Of a stretch of 56,496 nt of DNA, positions 10,308 through 25,893 are shown piece after piece. The stretch is taken from positions 1 to 56,496 of the forward strand of contig JBGAWJ010000002.1 in assembly GCA_044227605.1 (NCBI GenBank). Reading direction: 5' to 3'. A program made the translations under genes and the position numbers. This DNA is from Alphaproteobacteria bacterium (GTDB taxonomy: Bacteria; Pseudomonadota; Alphaproteobacteria; JAEUKQ01). Numbering within the stretch: the first letter of the stretch is position 1; every line of letters starts with the position of its first letter. The notes beneath the pieces are model-generated. The model was not told the origin of the DNA, ran no database searches, and saw only the letters and a list, made by a program, of their open reading frames with translations.

Positions 10308-11084
10308 ATGGCACAATTTAATCTACCAGCGAATTCTCAGATTCAACCGGGCAAAATTTTTAAGGCTGCTGGCGGAAATAAAACGAAGAAATTAAAAGTT
10401 TACCGTTTTGATCCAGAAGCAGGGCAAAATCCAAGTCTTGACACCTATGAAATTGATTTGGACCAATGTGGCCCGATGGTTTTGGATGCATTAATCAAAA
10501 TTAAAAATGAAATTGACCCAACTTTAACCTTTAGGCGTTCCTGCCGGGAGGGGGTATGCGGTTCTTGTGCCATGAATATTGATGGGACTAATACCTTGGC
10601 TTGCACCAAGTATATCCATGAGATCAAAGGGGATATCAAAGTATACCCCTTGCCCCACCTGCCGGTTGTGAAGGATTTGGTTCCTGATCTCAAGGGAATT
10701 TATAAACAATACGAATCGATCCAGCCTTGGTTGAAGACCAATGAACCTGCCCCCCACCGCGAACGGTTGCAAACTCCGGAAGAGCGGGCAAAACTAGATG
10801 GGTTATGGGAGTGTATTTTGTGCTTTTGTTGTTCGACCGCCTGCCCCAGCTATTGGTGGAATGGTGATCGCTATCTCGGGCCTGCTGTTTTGCTGCAGGC
10901 TTATAGGTGGATTGCCGATAGCCGAGATACCGCGACGGGTGAGCGTTTGCAACAATTGGAAGACCCCTTCAAACTGTATCGATGCCATACCATTATGAAT
11001 TGCACCAAGACTTGCCCGAAGGGGCTAAATCCTGCCAAGGCGATCGGTGAAATCAAAAAATTGCAGATGGCACGGCGACTTTAA
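10308..11084 (+). CDS. sdhB: Succinate dehydrogenase iron-sulfur subunit
   Basis: 258 aa with three Cys clusters: [40 protein letters not shown]. Confidence 0.97.
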   Translation: MAQFNLPANSQIQPGKIFKAAGGNKTKKLKVYRFDPEAGQNPSLDTYEIDLDQCGPMVLDALIKIKNEIDPTLTFRRSCREGVCGSCAMNIDGTNTLACTKYIHEIKGDIKVYPLPHLPVVKDLVPDLKGIYKQYESIQPWLKTNEPAPHRERLQTPEERAKLDGLWECILCFCCSTACPSYWWNGDRYLGPAVLLQAYRWIADSRDTATGERLQQLEDPFKLYRCHTIMNCTKTCPKGLNPAKAIGEIKKLQMARRL

Positions 11085-11136
11085 TCGTTGCTGGCAAGGA
11101 ACAGAAATCGTGGTTGCCCTGGCGCCTTTCCCTATC

Positions 11137-12294
11137 ATGCAGCAATATCTGGAGGCGTGCCGAAAAGGGCAATGGCACTTTGAACCCCACCAGGCGGCCG
11201 TTATCGAAAAGCTGGATCAATTGGCTAGAGAATTGACCGAACATCGATTAAGACCCCCTGTTCCCAAGAATTTTTGGCACCGTTTGTTTCATGACAAGCG
11301 TAAAGCCTTGCCCCCTCCCAAGTATGGTATCTACATTTACGGAGATGTAGGTCGAGGGAAATCCATGCTGATGGATTTATTTTTTAAGAGCATTCCCATC
11401 TTTAGAAAAAAACGCAGCCATTTTCATCAATTTATGGCGGAAGTTCATCAGCAGCTTTGGCTTTTACGGGAACAGCAATCGCCTCAAAAACCAACAACCG
11501 AAGGGTTATTAACCCTGTTGGCGCAACAAATTGCCACGGAAATAAGCTTGCTATGTTTTGACGAGTTCCATGTGGCCAATATTGCTGATGCGATGATCTT
11601 AGGAAGGCTTTTTAAGGAATTATTCCAGCAAGGGGTGGTGGTGGTCGCAACCTCCAATTGGGCGCCGCGTGATCTTTATAAAAACGGATTGCAACGCAAC
11701 AATTTTCTGCCCTTTATTGATATTATTTTGCGGCATATGGATGTGTATGAATTAACCGGGCCTGTTGATTACCGCCAGCTAAAATTACCGGTTGATTGGC
11801 GTTATCTAACACCCTTAACGCCCGAGAACCAGCAGAAAATGGAAAATATTTTTTACCAATTGACCAAAAAAAAACAGGCCAAACCAACTCTTTTAAAGTT
11901 CCAGTCACGCCAACTAATGTTGCAACGGACGGCAGACCAGGTTTTATGGGCAGATTTTAAGGAATTATGCCTGGCAAATTTAGGGGCTGCGGATTATTTA
12001 GAAATTGCCAAAAATTTTCGCTATGTGTTGCTTTTGAATGTTCCCCAATTTTCCGATATCCGCCAACCTTCCCTTCACCGGTTTATAACCCTCGTGGATG
12101 TTTTATATGACAACCAGTGTTATTTGATTTGTACGGCTGAAGTGGAAATTCCTGATTTATATCCTAATAAAGATGGCCAATATACGGGGTTTGGGCGCAC
12201 CATATCGCGTCTGCAAGAAATGCGTTCAGCGGATTATCCTGCGAACGATGGATCATTTTCGAAGTATGCGTCAGATCTTGACCAAAGCTCATAA
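11137..12294 (+). CDS. zapE: Cell division protein ZapE (AFG1-like ATPase)
   Basis: Walker A GDVGRGKSMLMD and Walker B LLCFDEFHV. Conserved alphaproteobacterial position between sdhB and mdh. ATG 11137 was chosen because the ORF-track start at 11047 overlaps sdhB. Confidence 0.85.
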   Translation: MQQYLEACRKGQWHFEPHQAAVIEKLDQLARELTEHRLRPPVPKNFWHRLFHDKRKALPPPKYGIYIYGDVGRGKSMLMDLFFKSIPIFRKKRSHFHQFMAEVHQQLWLLREQQSPQKPTTEGLLTLLAQQIATEISLLCFDEFHVANIADAMILGRLFKELFQQGVVVVATSNWAPRDLYKNGLQRNNFLPFIDIILRHMDVYELTGPVDYRQLKLPVDWRYLTPLTPENQQKMENIFYQLTKKKQAKPTLLKFQSRQLMLQRTADQVLWADFKELCLANLGAADYLEIAKNFRYVLLLNVPQFSDIRQPSLHRFITLVDVLYDNQCYLICTAEVEIPDLYPNKDGQYTGFGRTISRLQEMRSADYPANDGSFSKYASDLDQSS

Positions 12295-12310
12295 AAGGTC
12301 TACTCCTTAG

Positions 12311-13333
<1,023 letters not shown>

Positions 13334-13414
13334 TCCTTATTTTATCTGCCTATAGTGTTGTTGATATAAAAAAATTATCTCTTTTGTGCAAAGGGAATAC
13401 CTTAGGAAAATACG

Positions 13415-14584
13415 ATGAATATTCATGAATATCAGGCCAAAGAGTTGATTAAGACATACGGTGTAACCGTTCCCAAGGGCAAGATTGCCTATACGCCGAC
13501 CGAGGCTAAAAGCGCCGTTGCGGAAATCGGCGGCAAATTATGGGTGGTAAAGGCACAAATCCATGCGGGGGGTCGCGGCAAGGCTGGTGGAGTGAAGCTT
13601 GCTAAATCAGCGGATGAGGTACAAAAATTGGCCGCGCAAATGTTGGGTATGACGCTGGTCACCCCACAAACTGGCCCAAAGGGACGAGTGGTGAAGCGCG
13701 TTTATATTGAGCAGGGTTGTGATATTAAGCGGGAACTTTATTTAAGTATGTTGGTAGACCGCGATACATCACGGATTGTTTGCATGGCATCTGTGGAAGG
13801 GGGTACGGAAATTGAGGAAGTGGCGGCAAGCCATCCCGAAAAAATTCTGAAGGTCGTTATTGATCCGGTAACTGGATTAATGCCGCATCATGCCCGTCAA
13901 TTGGCTGTTGGGTTACAGCTAAAGGGTGCGCAAGTAAATGCGGCCGTTGGCTTTATCAGCTCGCTTTATCAAGCTTTTATTGCATTGGATGCCAGCGTTA
14001 TAGAAATTAACCCTTTGGTTGTGACGGGTGATGGCCAGTTAATGGCGTTGGACGCCAAGATCAATTTTGATGATAATGCCCTTTTTCGCCATCCGGCTAT
14101 TGAAGCGTTGCGGGACGAAAACGAAGAGGACCCTGCAGAATTGTTGGCAACAAAACATAGTTTGAATTATGTCAAATTAGAAGGAAATATTGGCTGCATG
14201 GTCAATGGGGCTGGCCTTGCCATGGCTACTATGGATATCATTAAGCTTTTTGGCGGTACACCTGCCAATTTCCTGGATGTCGGTGGTGGTGCTACGAAGG
14301 AACGGGTGACAACAGCCTTTAAACTGATTTTATCAGATCCGAATGTGGAAGGGATACTCGTCAATATTTTCGGGGGGATTATGCGTTGCGACGTGATTGC
14401 CGAAGGCATTGTGGCTGCAGCGCGGGAGGTTAGTTTACACGTTCCCTTGGTGGTTCGGTTGGAAGGAACAAATGTTGAATTAGGCAAAAAAATCCTGCAA
14501 CAATCAGGGTTGCCGATCGCCTCTGCCAGCAATTTGGCAGATGCCGCTAAGAAAATTGTTCAAGCCGTGCGCGAGGGGAAATAA
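13415..14584 (+). CDS. sucC: Succinate--CoA ligase (ADP-forming) subunit beta
   Basis: [11 protein letters not shown]..., ATP-grasp domain, [18 protein letters not shown], 389 aa. Confidence 0.97.
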   Translation: MNIHEYQAKELIKTYGVTVPKGKIAYTPTEAKSAVAEIGGKLWVVKAQIHAGGRGKAGGVKLAKSADEVQKLAAQMLGMTLVTPQTGPKGRVVKRVYIEQGCDIKRELYLSMLVDRDTSRIVCMASVEGGTEIEEVAASHPEKILKVVIDPVTGLMPHHARQLAVGLQLKGAQVNAAVGFISSLYQAFIALDASVIEINPLVVTGDGQLMALDAKINFDDNALFRHPAIEALRDENEEDPAELLATKHSLNYVKLEGNIGCMVNGAGLAMATMDIIKLFGGTPANFLDVGGGATKERVTTAFKLILSDPNVEGILVNIFGGIMRCDVIAEGIVAAAREVSLHVPLVVRLEGTNVELGKKILQQSGLPIASASNLADAAKKIVQAVREGK

Positions 14585-14585
14585 A

Positions 14586-15461
14586 ATGGCTGTTTTAATT
14601 GATCGTAATACCAAAGTTATTTGCCAAGGGTTTACAGGTTCTCAAGGGACTTTCCATAGCGAACAGGCTATTGCTTACGGCACTAAAATGGTGGGCGGTG
14701 TAACCCCAGGTAAGGGCGGCACCCAACATTTGAATTTGCCAGTATTTGAGACAGTATCGGAAGCGGTCAAAAAAACCAGCCCTGATGCTAGCGTGATTTA
14801 TGTGCCACCACCGTTTGCAGCTGACGCTATTTTAGAAGCTATTGATAGCGGTATAAAATTGGTGGTTTGTATCACCGAAGGCATCCCTGTTTTGGATATG
14901 GTGAAAGTGAAGCGGGCGCTTGCCGGTTCCAAAACCCGCCTGATTGGGCCGAACTGTCCGGGTGTTATTACCCCTAATCAATGCAAAATCGGCATCATGC
15001 CCGGCCACATCCACCGTCCCGGCAAAATTGGGATTGTGTCGCGTTCTGGTACCTTAACGTATGAAGCCGTGGCGCAGACCACGGCGGCCGGTTTAGGCCA
15101 GTCCACTTGTATCGGTATTGGCGGGGATCCGGTGAATGGCACCAATTTTGTTGAATGTCTGGAAATGTTTATGGCTGACCCAGAGACTGTGGGCATTATT
15201 ATGATTGGCGAAATTGGCGGATCGGCTGAGGAAAATGCCGCAGCTTTCATTAAGGCTGAAAAGCGTAAAAAACCGATTGTTGGGTTTATTGCGGGCATGA
15301 CGGCACCTGAAGGACGGCGGATGGGGCATGCCGGAGCGATTGTTTCCGGGGGCAAGGGCGGCGCTAATGATAAAATAGAAGCCATGCGTGCGGCTGGCTT
15401 TAAAATCGTTGATTCCCCAGCGGCGCTTGGAGAAACAATGAGTAAGGCCTTAAAGGGTTAA
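14586..15461 (+). CDS. sucD: Succinate--CoA ligase subunit alpha
   Basis: [33 protein letters not shown] and the phosphohistidine loop GHAGAI. ATG lies 1 nt after the sucC stop. Confidence 0.97.
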   Translation: MAVLIDRNTKVICQGFTGSQGTFHSEQAIAYGTKMVGGVTPGKGGTQHLNLPVFETVSEAVKKTSPDASVIYVPPPFAADAILEAIDSGIKLVVCITEGIPVLDMVKVKRALAGSKTRLIGPNCPGVITPNQCKIGIMPGHIHRPGKIGIVSRSGTLTYEAVAQTTAAGLGQSTCIGIGGDPVNGTNFVECLEMFMADPETVGIIMIGEIGGSAEENAAAFIKAEKRKKPIVGFIAGMTAPEGRRMGHAGAIVSGGKGGANDKIEAMRAAGFKIVDSPAALGETMSKALKG

Positions 15462-15520
15462 AGGATAGGAAAGTTACCGTAAAATTGGGTAACCATCGGC
15501 ATAGGATCAGCAAAGAAAGC

Positions 15521-18385
15521 ATGAAAGCAGAAGATTATATTTTTTTATCAAGTGCAGATAGTTCTTTTATCAACGACCTTTATGGGCGTTATCTAGAGGA
15601 TCCGCAGCAAATTGATAGCAGTTGGCAAGAATTTTTTGCGAGTTTGCAAGATGATGCCCGCAACCTGTTGCAAGAACAGCGGGGACCCAGCTGGTCTCAG
15701 GAAAAAGCGGTTTCACCTGAAAAATCAACTCATGCCCCTAAAATGGGGCCAGCTGTTTCTCCTGACCTTCTTCCAACCAGTGTTAATGTAGATGTCAAAG
15801 CGGCTGCGCGCGATTCGATCCGTGCGTTGATGCTGATCCGGTCCTACCGGGTGAGGGGACATTTGGAAGCGGTCTTGGATCCCCTATCCTTAAAACCGAT
15901 TGTATGCCATCCGGAACTTGACCCGCATAGCTATGGGTTTACAGAGGCCGATATGGACAAGCCGATTTTTATTGATTCCTGGTTAGGGTTGGCGCAACCA
16001 ACCCTGCGGCAAGTTATCAAACAATTACGCCAAATCTATTGCGGCCCAATCGGGGTTGAATTTATGCATATCCAAGATCCGGAGCAGAAACGCTGGATCC
16101 AAGAAAAATTTGAAGTAAATCAAGGGGAGCGGGCGTTACCTGTAGCCGACCGCAAACAAATTTTAGAGCAGGTAATTAAATCCGAAAGTTTTGAACATTT
16201 TCTCGATAAGAAATTCGTTGCCACCAAAAGATTTGGTCTTGATGGCGCTGAATCAACCATCCCTGCTTTGGAATATATTATCTCTCAGGCGGCGGCCTTG
16301 GGTACCAAAGAAGTGGTATTGGGAATGGCGCATCGCGGCCGCTTAAATGTGTTAACCCAGATTGTTGGCAAAAAATTGGCCGCTATTTTTGCCGAATTCC
16401 GGGGGGAATCTGTTTATCCGCAAGGTACTCAAGGGTCAGGGGATGTTAAGTACCATTTAGGCGCTTCAACCGACCGTGATTTCCACGGCCATCACGTGCA
16501 TATATCCCTAACCGCCAATCCGTCGCATTTAGAGGCAGTTAATACTGTTGTTCTAGGAAAAACCCGGGCGAAACAGCGCCAGCGCGGGGATAGCAATCGG
16601 GAACAGGTGATGGCTTTGTTACTGCATGGGGATGCGGCTTTTGCGGGGCAGGGATTGGTTGCAGAAACCTTAGATCTGTCTGAGTTAAAGGGATACCGTA
16701 TTGGCGGTACCATCCATTTTATTGTCAATAACCAGATCGGATTTACGACTAATCCCATCAATCTTCGCTCTGGCCCTTATTGCTCGGAACTGGCCAAAGC
16801 TGTCCAAGCCCCTATCTTCCATGTCAACGGGGATGACCCGGACGCTGTTTGTTATGTGGCCAAATTGGCCGTAGAATTCCGCCATCAGTTTAAAAAAGAT
16901 GTGGTGGTTGATATGTTCTGTTATCGCCGCTTTGGTCACAATGAAACGGATGAACCGGCCTTTACCCAGCCATTAATGTATAAAAAAATTGCTTCTCACC
17001 CGTCCGTTGCTAAAATCTACAGCCAACGGTTACTGCGGGAAAGGGTTCTAACTCAGCCAGAAATTGATCAAATGACCAATTCTTATCAGCAGTTACTGGA
17101 GGGGGATTATCAAGCCGCCGCATTCCGTACGAGCAAGATTGATTGGTTAGAGGGCGCTTGGAAGGGATTTAAACCGGCCTCGGGTGAGGAAAGGGCAGGC
17201 AGTACCGCGCGGGATGTTGCTATGCTGCGCGAAGTTGGCCAAGCTTTGACCACAATCCCTGCTACCTTTAATCTAAACCGGAAAATTGAACGACAATTAG
17301 CTGCTAAAAAACAATCTTTCGAAATGGGCCAAGGGATTGATTGGGCCACGGCAGAAGCTTTGGCATTCGGTACATTGTTGGTAGAAGGTTACCCGGTGCG
17401 TTTATCTGGCCAGGATTGCAGCCGGGGCACTTTTTCGCAACGTCATGCTGTTTGGATTGACCAAGAAAATGAAACTCATTATGCGCCCCTTAATCACATT
17501 AGGCCACAGCAACAGCATTTGGAAGTCATTGACAGCCCCTTATCGGAGGCGGGGATCTTAGGCTTTGAATATGGCTATAGCTTAGCAGATCCAAATGCTT
17601 TGGTGATGTGGGAGGCACAATTTGGCGATTTTGCCAATGGCGCCCAAGTTATTGTCGACCAATTCCTTAGCAATGGAGAATCGAAGTGGTTCCGGATGTC
17701 CGGGTTGGTGATGTTATTGCCGCATGGGTACGAAGGCCAGGGACCAGAACATAGTTCGGCCCGATTGGAGCGTTATCTGCAGCTTTGTGCGGAAGACAAT
17801 ATGCAAGTTGTGAATTGCACAAGCCCTGCTAATTACTTTCATGTATTACGGCGGCAAATTCACAGGGATTTCCGCAAACCTTTAATCATCATGACCCCCA
17901 AATCGTTGCTGCGGCATCGGTTATGTGTGTCACCCCTGCAGGAGATGGCAACTGGCAGCGCTTTCCAGCGGGTTATCGGGGATATGACAGCAGCGTTAAA
18001 TCCTAAAAAAATTACCCGGATGGTTTTCTGCAGCGGCAAGGTTTATTATGACTTGCTGGAGCAAAAAGAGCAAAAGCAATTATCTAATGTGGCCATCATA
18101 CGGGTGGAGCAATTATATCCTTTCCCAGTCGAGCCTATTAAAAAACAATTGCAATTGTACGGACAGGCAGAGGTGGTTTGGTGTCAAGAAGAACCCAAGA
18201 ATATGGGGGCGTGGAGCTTTGTGGCGCCTTTGTTTGAGGAACTGCTGCAGCAGCAAAAGCACCGCAGCATGCGCGCTTTCTATGCGGGACGCACAGCAGC
18301 AGCTTCGCCAGCCACCGGCTCAATGAAACGCCATGAGCTGGAGCAAGCCCAATTGGTTAATATCGCCCTGACGGGTAAAGAATAA
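15521..18385 (+). CDS. sucA: 2-oxoglutarate dehydrogenase E1 component
   Basis: About 954 aa with conserved E1o regions (RGHLEA.LDPL, GMAHRGRLNVL, LHGDAAFAGQG, LLPHGYEGQGPEHSSARLER). The ORF is open from TTG 15485; ATG 15521 is preferred. Confidence 0.95.
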   Translation: MKAEDYIFLSSADSSFINDLYGRYLEDPQQIDSSWQEFFASLQDDARNLLQEQRGPSWSQEKAVSPEKSTHAPKMGPAVSPDLLPTSVNVDVKAAARDSIRALMLIRSYRVRGHLEAVLDPLSLKPIVCHPELDPHSYGFTEADMDKPIFIDSWLGLAQPTLRQVIKQLRQIYCGPIGVEFMHIQDPEQKRWIQEKFEVNQGERALPVADRKQILEQVIKSESFEHFLDKKFVATKRFGLDGAESTIPALEYIISQAAALGTKEVVLGMAHRGRLNVLTQIVGKKLAAIFAEFRGESVYPQGTQGSGDVKYHLGASTDRDFHGHHVHISLTANPSHLEAVNTVVLGKTRAKQRQRGDSNREQVMALLLHGDAAFAGQGLVAETLDLSELKGYRIGGTIHFIVNNQIGFTTNPINLRSGPYCSELAKAVQAPIFHVNGDDPDAVCYVAKLAVEFRHQFKKDVVVDMFCYRRFGHNETDEPAFTQPLMYKKIASHPSVAKIYSQRLLRERVLTQPEIDQMTNSYQQLLEGDYQAAAFRTSKIDWLEGAWKGFKPASGEERAGSTARDVAMLREVGQALTTIPATFNLNRKIERQLAAKKQSFEMGQGIDWATAEALAFGTLLVEGYPVRLSGQDCSRGTFSQRHAVWIDQENETHYAPLNHIRPQQQHLEVIDSPLSEAGILGFEYGYSLADPNALVMWEAQFGDFANGAQVIVDQFLSNGESKWFRMSGLVMLLPHGYEGQGPEHSSARLERYLQLCAEDNMQVVNCTSPANYFHVLRRQIHRDFRKPLIIMTPKSLLRHRLCVSPLQEMATGSAFQRVIGDMTAALNPKKITRMVFCSGKVYYDLLEQKEQKQLSNVAIIRVEQLYPFPVEPIKKQLQLYGQAEVVWCQEEPKNMGAWSFVAPLFEELLQQQKHRSMRAFYAGRTAAASPATGSMKRHELEQAQLVNIALTGKE

Positions 18386-18415
18386 TGTCATTATTATTGT
18401 GGAAAAGGAGCAGTG

Positions 18416-19663
18416 ATGCCAACACCGATTAAAGTCCCCGCGATGGGCGAATCAGTTACAGAAGCAACGGTGGCAAAATGGCTGAAAAAAGCTGGTGACT
18501 TGGTTGCCGCGGATGAACCGATTGCCGAACTTGAAACCGATAAGGTAACGGTTGAAGTGTTGGCGCCAGTTGCTGGTGTTTTGCAAGATTTACAAGTCAA
18601 AGCCGATCAAACGGTGATGGTTGGGGCGGTTCTGGGCTATGTTGATGAAAAGCAGAAAAACGCCGTTTCGGCGCCTGCTGCAAATAAACCGGCCCTAGAG
18701 GGCAAGACACTTGCTGTTGGGAAAACGGAACCTGCCAAACCTATTTCTTCCACAAGTGAACAGCAATCACCAGCTGTGCGTAAATTGTTACCAGAAAACA
18801 ACTTAAAACCTGAGGATATTCAGGGATCTGGCAAAGATAACCGGATCACCAAAGGCGATGTCTTGGCTGCTGCTAAAACATCGGCACAGCCCAAAGTTAC
18901 CCCATCTGAAACTTCACCAAAATCACCCGCTGCCGGAAACGTTGCCACCATCCCTTCCGCCTCCCGGCTTGAGGAAAAAGTACCTATAAGTCGCTTGCGG
19001 CGGCGGATAGCAGAACGGTTGAAAATGGCACAAAACACTGCTGCCATGCTAACTACCTTCAATGAAGTGGATATGACGGAAATCAACCTTTTCCGCAGCA
19101 AATATAAGGAAGGTTTTGAGAAAAAGCATGGGGTAAAGCTTGGGTTTATGTCTTTCTTTGTCAAAGCTTGCACGCAAGCCTTAAAAGAAATGCCGGTTGT
19201 GAATGCAGAAATTCGTGATGATGAAATTGTTTACAAGAAATACTATGACATTGGTGTGGCGGTTGGGACAGAACAAGGGTTGGTGGTGCCAATTGTTAGG
19301 GATGCCGATCAATTAACTTTTGCACAAATTGAAAACAAAATTGGCGAACTCAGCAAGAAAGCGCGCGATGGCAAATTATCGATGGATGATTTAATGGGCG
19401 GTACTTTTACGATTACCAATGGCGGGGTTTATGGATCTTTGTTATCCACCCCGATTCTAAATCCGCCGCAATCCGCTATTTTAGGGATGCATAAAATCCA
19501 AATGCGCCCCGTTGCGATCCAAGATAAGATTGAAATCCGCCCGATGATGTATTTGGCGGTTTCTTATGATCACCGTTTAATTGACGGCAAAGAGGCCGTC
19601 ACCTTTTTGGTACGGGTTAAAGAATATTTAGAAGAACCGCAGCGTTTATTATTTGACGTTTAG
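18416..19663 (+). CDS. sucB: Dihydrolipoyllysine-residue succinyltransferase (E2o)
   Basis: Lipoyl domain [11 protein letters not shown], Ala/Pro-rich linker, catalytic DHRLIDG. GGAG lies 5 nt upstream of ATG 18416. Confidence 0.95.
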   Translation: MPTPIKVPAMGESVTEATVAKWLKKAGDLVAADEPIAELETDKVTVEVLAPVAGVLQDLQVKADQTVMVGAVLGYVDEKQKNAVSAPAANKPALEGKTLAVGKTEPAKPISSTSEQQSPAVRKLLPENNLKPEDIQGSGKDNRITKGDVLAAAKTSAQPKVTPSETSPKSPAAGNVATIPSASRLEEKVPISRLRRRIAERLKMAQNTAAMLTTFNEVDMTEINLFRSKYKEGFEKKHGVKLGFMSFFVKACTQALKEMPVVNAEIRDDEIVYKKYYDIGVAVGTEQGLVVPIVRDADQLTFAQIENKIGELSKKARDGKLSMDDLMGGTFTITNGGVYGSLLSTPILNPPQSAILGMHKIQMRPVAIQDKIEIRPMMYLAVSYDHRLIDGKEAVTFLVRVKEYLEEPQRLLFDV

Positions 19664-19691
19664 CATCACCTGAATGAATGGATAGAGCCAA

Positions 19692-21101
19692 ATGGAAACA
19701 GCAACATATGATGTGGCGATTATTGGGGGTGGGCCGGGCGGTTATGTCGCGGCCATTCGTGCCGCGCAATTGGGTAAAAAGGTTGTTTGTATTGATAAGC
19801 GGGTCAAACTGGGCGGAACCTGCTTAAACATTGGGTGTATCCCTTCCAAAGCTTTGTTGCATGTATCGGCGGAATATGAGGCAATCCGTCAACATGTAGC
19901 CATTTATGGTATCCAGGTGAAAGAAACCACGATCAATTTGGTCACCATGATGGATTATAAAAATAAGGTGGTTGATGATTTGACCAAAGGGATTGAAGGC
20001 TTGTTCCGTAAAAACAAGATCACTTTTATCCAAGGGCAAGCCATGCTCGATTCGCCTGGTAAAATTATGGTCAAAAATAACAATCAGGAACAGTTGCTGC
20101 AGGCACAAAAAATTATTATTGCCACAGGTTCTGAAAGTGCCAATATCCCAGGTGTAACGGTGGATGAAATAGATATTGTTTCATCGACAGGTGCCTTATC
20201 TTTTAACCCTGCCCCTGGCAAATTAGTCGTGATTGGCGGTGGTTATATTGGTTTGGAATTGGGATCGGTTTGGCAGCGGTTAGGCAGCCAGGTTACGGTG
20301 ATTGAGTATGCCGACCGTATTTTGCCCAATATGGATCAAGAACTTGCCAAAACTTTCCAGCGGATCGTTACCAAGCAAGGGATAAATTTTGTTTTAGGCA
20401 CAAAGGTTTTAGGGGCTGAAAAAAAGGGTAAATTGGTACAGGTGCGTTGCCAAGCGGTTCAAGGGGGGGCAGAACAGGTATTAGAAGCGGATAAGGTTTT
20501 GGTAGCCGTTGGGCGCACGCCCAACAGTAAAAATTTGGGTTTAGAAAAATTAGGGATAAAATGTGATGAGCGTGGCCGGATCATCATTGACGATCATTTC
20601 CAAACTTCCGTTGCAAATATTTACGCCATCGGCGATGTCATTACAGGCCCCATGTTAGCCCATAAAGCCGAGGAAGAGGGGATTGCAGTGGCAGAAATAT
20701 TGGCGGGCCAATCGGGACATGTCAATTATGCAACGGTACCCGGGGTGGTTTATACATCACCTGAAATTGCAACGGTGGGTAAAACCGAAGAGGAATTGAA
20801 GAAAGATAACGTGTCTTACCGGATCGGGAAATTTCCGCTGCAAGCGAACAGCCGCGCCCGTGCTGTAAGCGAAACCCAAGGTTTTGTCAAGGTTTTGGCT
20901 GATGCTGCCACTGATAAAATCCTGGGCGTCCATATTATTGCCCCGGATGCTGGCACATTAATCCATGAATGCGTGGTGGCAATGGAGTTTTCAGGTTCAG
21001 CCGAGGATCTGGCGCGCAGCTTCCATGCCCATCCCACTTTTAACGAGGCTATTAAAGAAGCTGCCTGGGCAGCGTTTAATACCCAAGCCATCCATATTTA
21101 A
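19692..21101 (+). CDS. lpdA: Dihydrolipoyl dehydrogenase (E3)
   Basis: GGGPGGYVAAIRAAQLG, redox disulfide GGTCLNIGCIPSK, C-terminal HAHPTFNE. Confidence 0.97.
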   Translation: METATYDVAIIGGGPGGYVAAIRAAQLGKKVVCIDKRVKLGGTCLNIGCIPSKALLHVSAEYEAIRQHVAIYGIQVKETTINLVTMMDYKNKVVDDLTKGIEGLFRKNKITFIQGQAMLDSPGKIMVKNNNQEQLLQAQKIIIATGSESANIPGVTVDEIDIVSSTGALSFNPAPGKLVVIGGGYIGLELGSVWQRLGSQVTVIEYADRILPNMDQELAKTFQRIVTKQGINFVLGTKVLGAEKKGKLVQVRCQAVQGGAEQVLEADKVLVAVGRTPNSKNLGLEKLGIKCDERGRIIIDDHFQTSVANIYAIGDVITGPMLAHKAEEEGIAVAEILAGQSGHVNYATVPGVVYTSPEIATVGKTEEELKKDNVSYRIGKFPLQANSRARAVSETQGFVKVLADAATDKILGVHIIAPDAGTLIHECVVAMEFSGSAEDLARSFHAHPTFNEAIKEAAWAAFNTQAIHI

Positions 21102-21357
21102 GAAAAAAATAAGATAGAATTCCCTCGAGCCCAATACATAAACGCCTGGCAATTTATAAATTGACAGGGCGGAGGGATTGTGCTTGAAAAAGGGTAGAAA
21201 ATTTATCGCTGCGGTCTTTTAAGTATGCGCTTACTTTTTTATGGGTAAGGCAGGGTTTGGTTGTTGTTTTGTAAAATATAAACATTATATTGATAAATGC
21301 TTTGATTGATTAAGTGTAAGGCGACGGTTTTTTGACATTTTAAACGGGCTTGAAGCA

Positions 21358-21924
21358 ATGACGGAACAGGCAAAGACAGCAACGATAGATGGGGTTTCCC
21401 GTCGCTATGCCATTGCATTTTTTGAATTGGCGCAAGAAGCCAAGAATTCCCAAGAAATGACCGGCCAATTGCAACGATTTCTGGCTTTATTGGAACAGGA
21501 AAAAAAATTGGCTTCGTTCTTGACTGACCCGCGCATTGCACCCCCGCGTCAACAATCCCTGATGAATGAACTGACCAAGCAATTGAAAACGGATGAATTG
21601 CTTAAAAAGTTCTTTTTGTTATTGCTTCGCCAACGGCGTTTTCATCTTCTTAAGGAAATTTTTACCTATATACGCCATTTCCAAATTGCAAAAGAGGGTG
21701 GGATTGAGGCTGAGGTGACCAGTGCGCAAGCGCTCGCTGGTTTGCAACAAGAGGAAGTCAAAAAAATGTTAGCCCTGCAATTTGCCAAGAATGTTCATGT
21801 CAATTTTCAAATAGACCCAAATTTGATTGCTGGCATGAAAATTAAAATCGGCAGTCGGGTGATTGATGCTTCCCTACAATCTAAATTAGCACGTTTACAA
21901 CAAATGATGAGAGGAGTCGGATAA
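21358..21924 (+). CDS. atpH: F1 ATP synthase subunit delta (OSCP)
   Basis: 188 aa, first gene of atpHAGDC, abuts the atpA start. RYAIAFFELA N-terminus and a GG/IGSRVIDASL C-terminal pattern. Confidence 0.9.
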   Translation: MTEQAKTATIDGVSRRYAIAFFELAQEAKNSQEMTGQLQRFLALLEQEKKLASFLTDPRIAPPRQQSLMNELTKQLKTDELLKKFFLLLLRQRRFHLLKEIFTYIRHFQIAKEGGIEAEVTSAQALAGLQQEEVKKMLALQFAKNVHVNFQIDPNLIAGMKIKIGSRVIDASLQSKLARLQQMMRGVG

Positions 21925-23454
<1,530 letters not shown>

Positions 23455-23483
23455 TTTTTGGTTATTTTTGGTGATGCGATAAG

Positions 23484-24389
23484 ATGCCCAGCTTAAAAGA
23501 TCTCAAGCTTCGTATTAATAGTGTGAAATCAACACAGAAGATCACTTCTGCTATGAAGATGGTTTCGGCCGCCAAATTACGAAGGGCGCAAGAGCAGGCG
23601 GAATCATCCCGCCCCTACGCGGAACGGATGCAGCAATTGATGGTTGAGCTAACCAAGCAATCTTCGCAATTTGACGACAGTCCTTCTTTATTGAAGGGCC
23701 GGGAACAACAAAACATCCATCTTCTGATACCGGTGACCTCGGATCGCGGCTTATGTGGCAGTTTCAACAGCTCCATCGTTCGCGCCACCCGCCGCCAAAT
23801 TCGTGATTTAGTGGCGAAAGGGAAAATAGTCAAGATTTTACCCTTGGGGCGCAAGGGACGGGATCTTTTAAAGCGCGAATATGCCCATTTATTATTGGAT
23901 GCGCCGGAATCCATCATGAAATCACCGATTGCTTTTAATCTGGTTGAGGAATTGGTGCGGCAATTGCAGCAGATGTATGAAACCAGTGAATTTGATGTTT
24001 GTACGGTTATCTATAACCGTTTTAAATCGGTGATCAGTCAGATTGTAACTTTGCAAACCATCATTCCCGTTTGGCAGGAAAGCCTTGATGTAGCAAGCGT
24101 GGATAGCAAGAAAATAGAGATTGCTGAACCGACTGCTTTATATGAGTATGAACCGCAACCCGAACAAATACTCGAGGAATTGTTGCCGCGTAACCTGGCC
24201 GTGCAATTATATAAAGCGTTGCTTGAAAGTGCGGCTGGTGAGCAGGGTGCACGAATGGCCGCAATGGATAACGCTACCCGGAACGCTGGGGATATGATCA
24301 ACCGTTTGACCATTTTCTATAACCGTAGCCGCCAAGCCTATATCACCAAAGAATTGATTGAAATTATTTCGGGGGCCGAAGCGGTCTAA
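23484..24389 (+). CDS. atpG: F1 ATP synthase subunit gamma
   Basis: MPSLKDLKLRINSVKSTQKITSAMKMVSAAKLRRAQ N-terminus and ITKELIEIISGAEA C-terminus. Confidence 0.97.
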   Translation: MPSLKDLKLRINSVKSTQKITSAMKMVSAAKLRRAQEQAESSRPYAERMQQLMVELTKQSSQFDDSPSLLKGREQQNIHLLIPVTSDRGLCGSFNSSIVRATRRQIRDLVAKGKIVKILPLGRKGRDLLKREYAHLLLDAPESIMKSPIAFNLVEELVRQLQQMYETSEFDVCTVIYNRFKSVISQIVTLQTIIPVWQESLDVASVDSKKIEIAEPTALYEYEPQPEQILEELLPRNLAVQLYKALLESAAGEQGARMAAMDNATRNAGDMINRLTIFYNRSRQAYITKELIEIISGAEAV

Positions 24390-24424
24390 TTTATTATCCA
24401 AGTTGATATGATATTTTTATCTAA

Positions 24425-25864
<1,440 letters not shown>

Positions 25865-25893
25865 GGGTCACATAACCGAAAAGGAAGGGATGA

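Noticed and set aside
11047-11136. N-terminal extension of zapE overlapping the sdhB 3' end
   Set aside because: The extension has no similarity to ZapE N-termini and overlaps sdhB coding sequence. ATG 11137 gives the expected MQQYL... start.
21102-21357. TTGACA hexamers (about 21161 and about 21333) upstream of atpH as promoters
   Set aside because: Neither has a credible -10 element at 16-18 nt spacing, and the second would place the TSS inside the start codon. Not reportable without TSS data.
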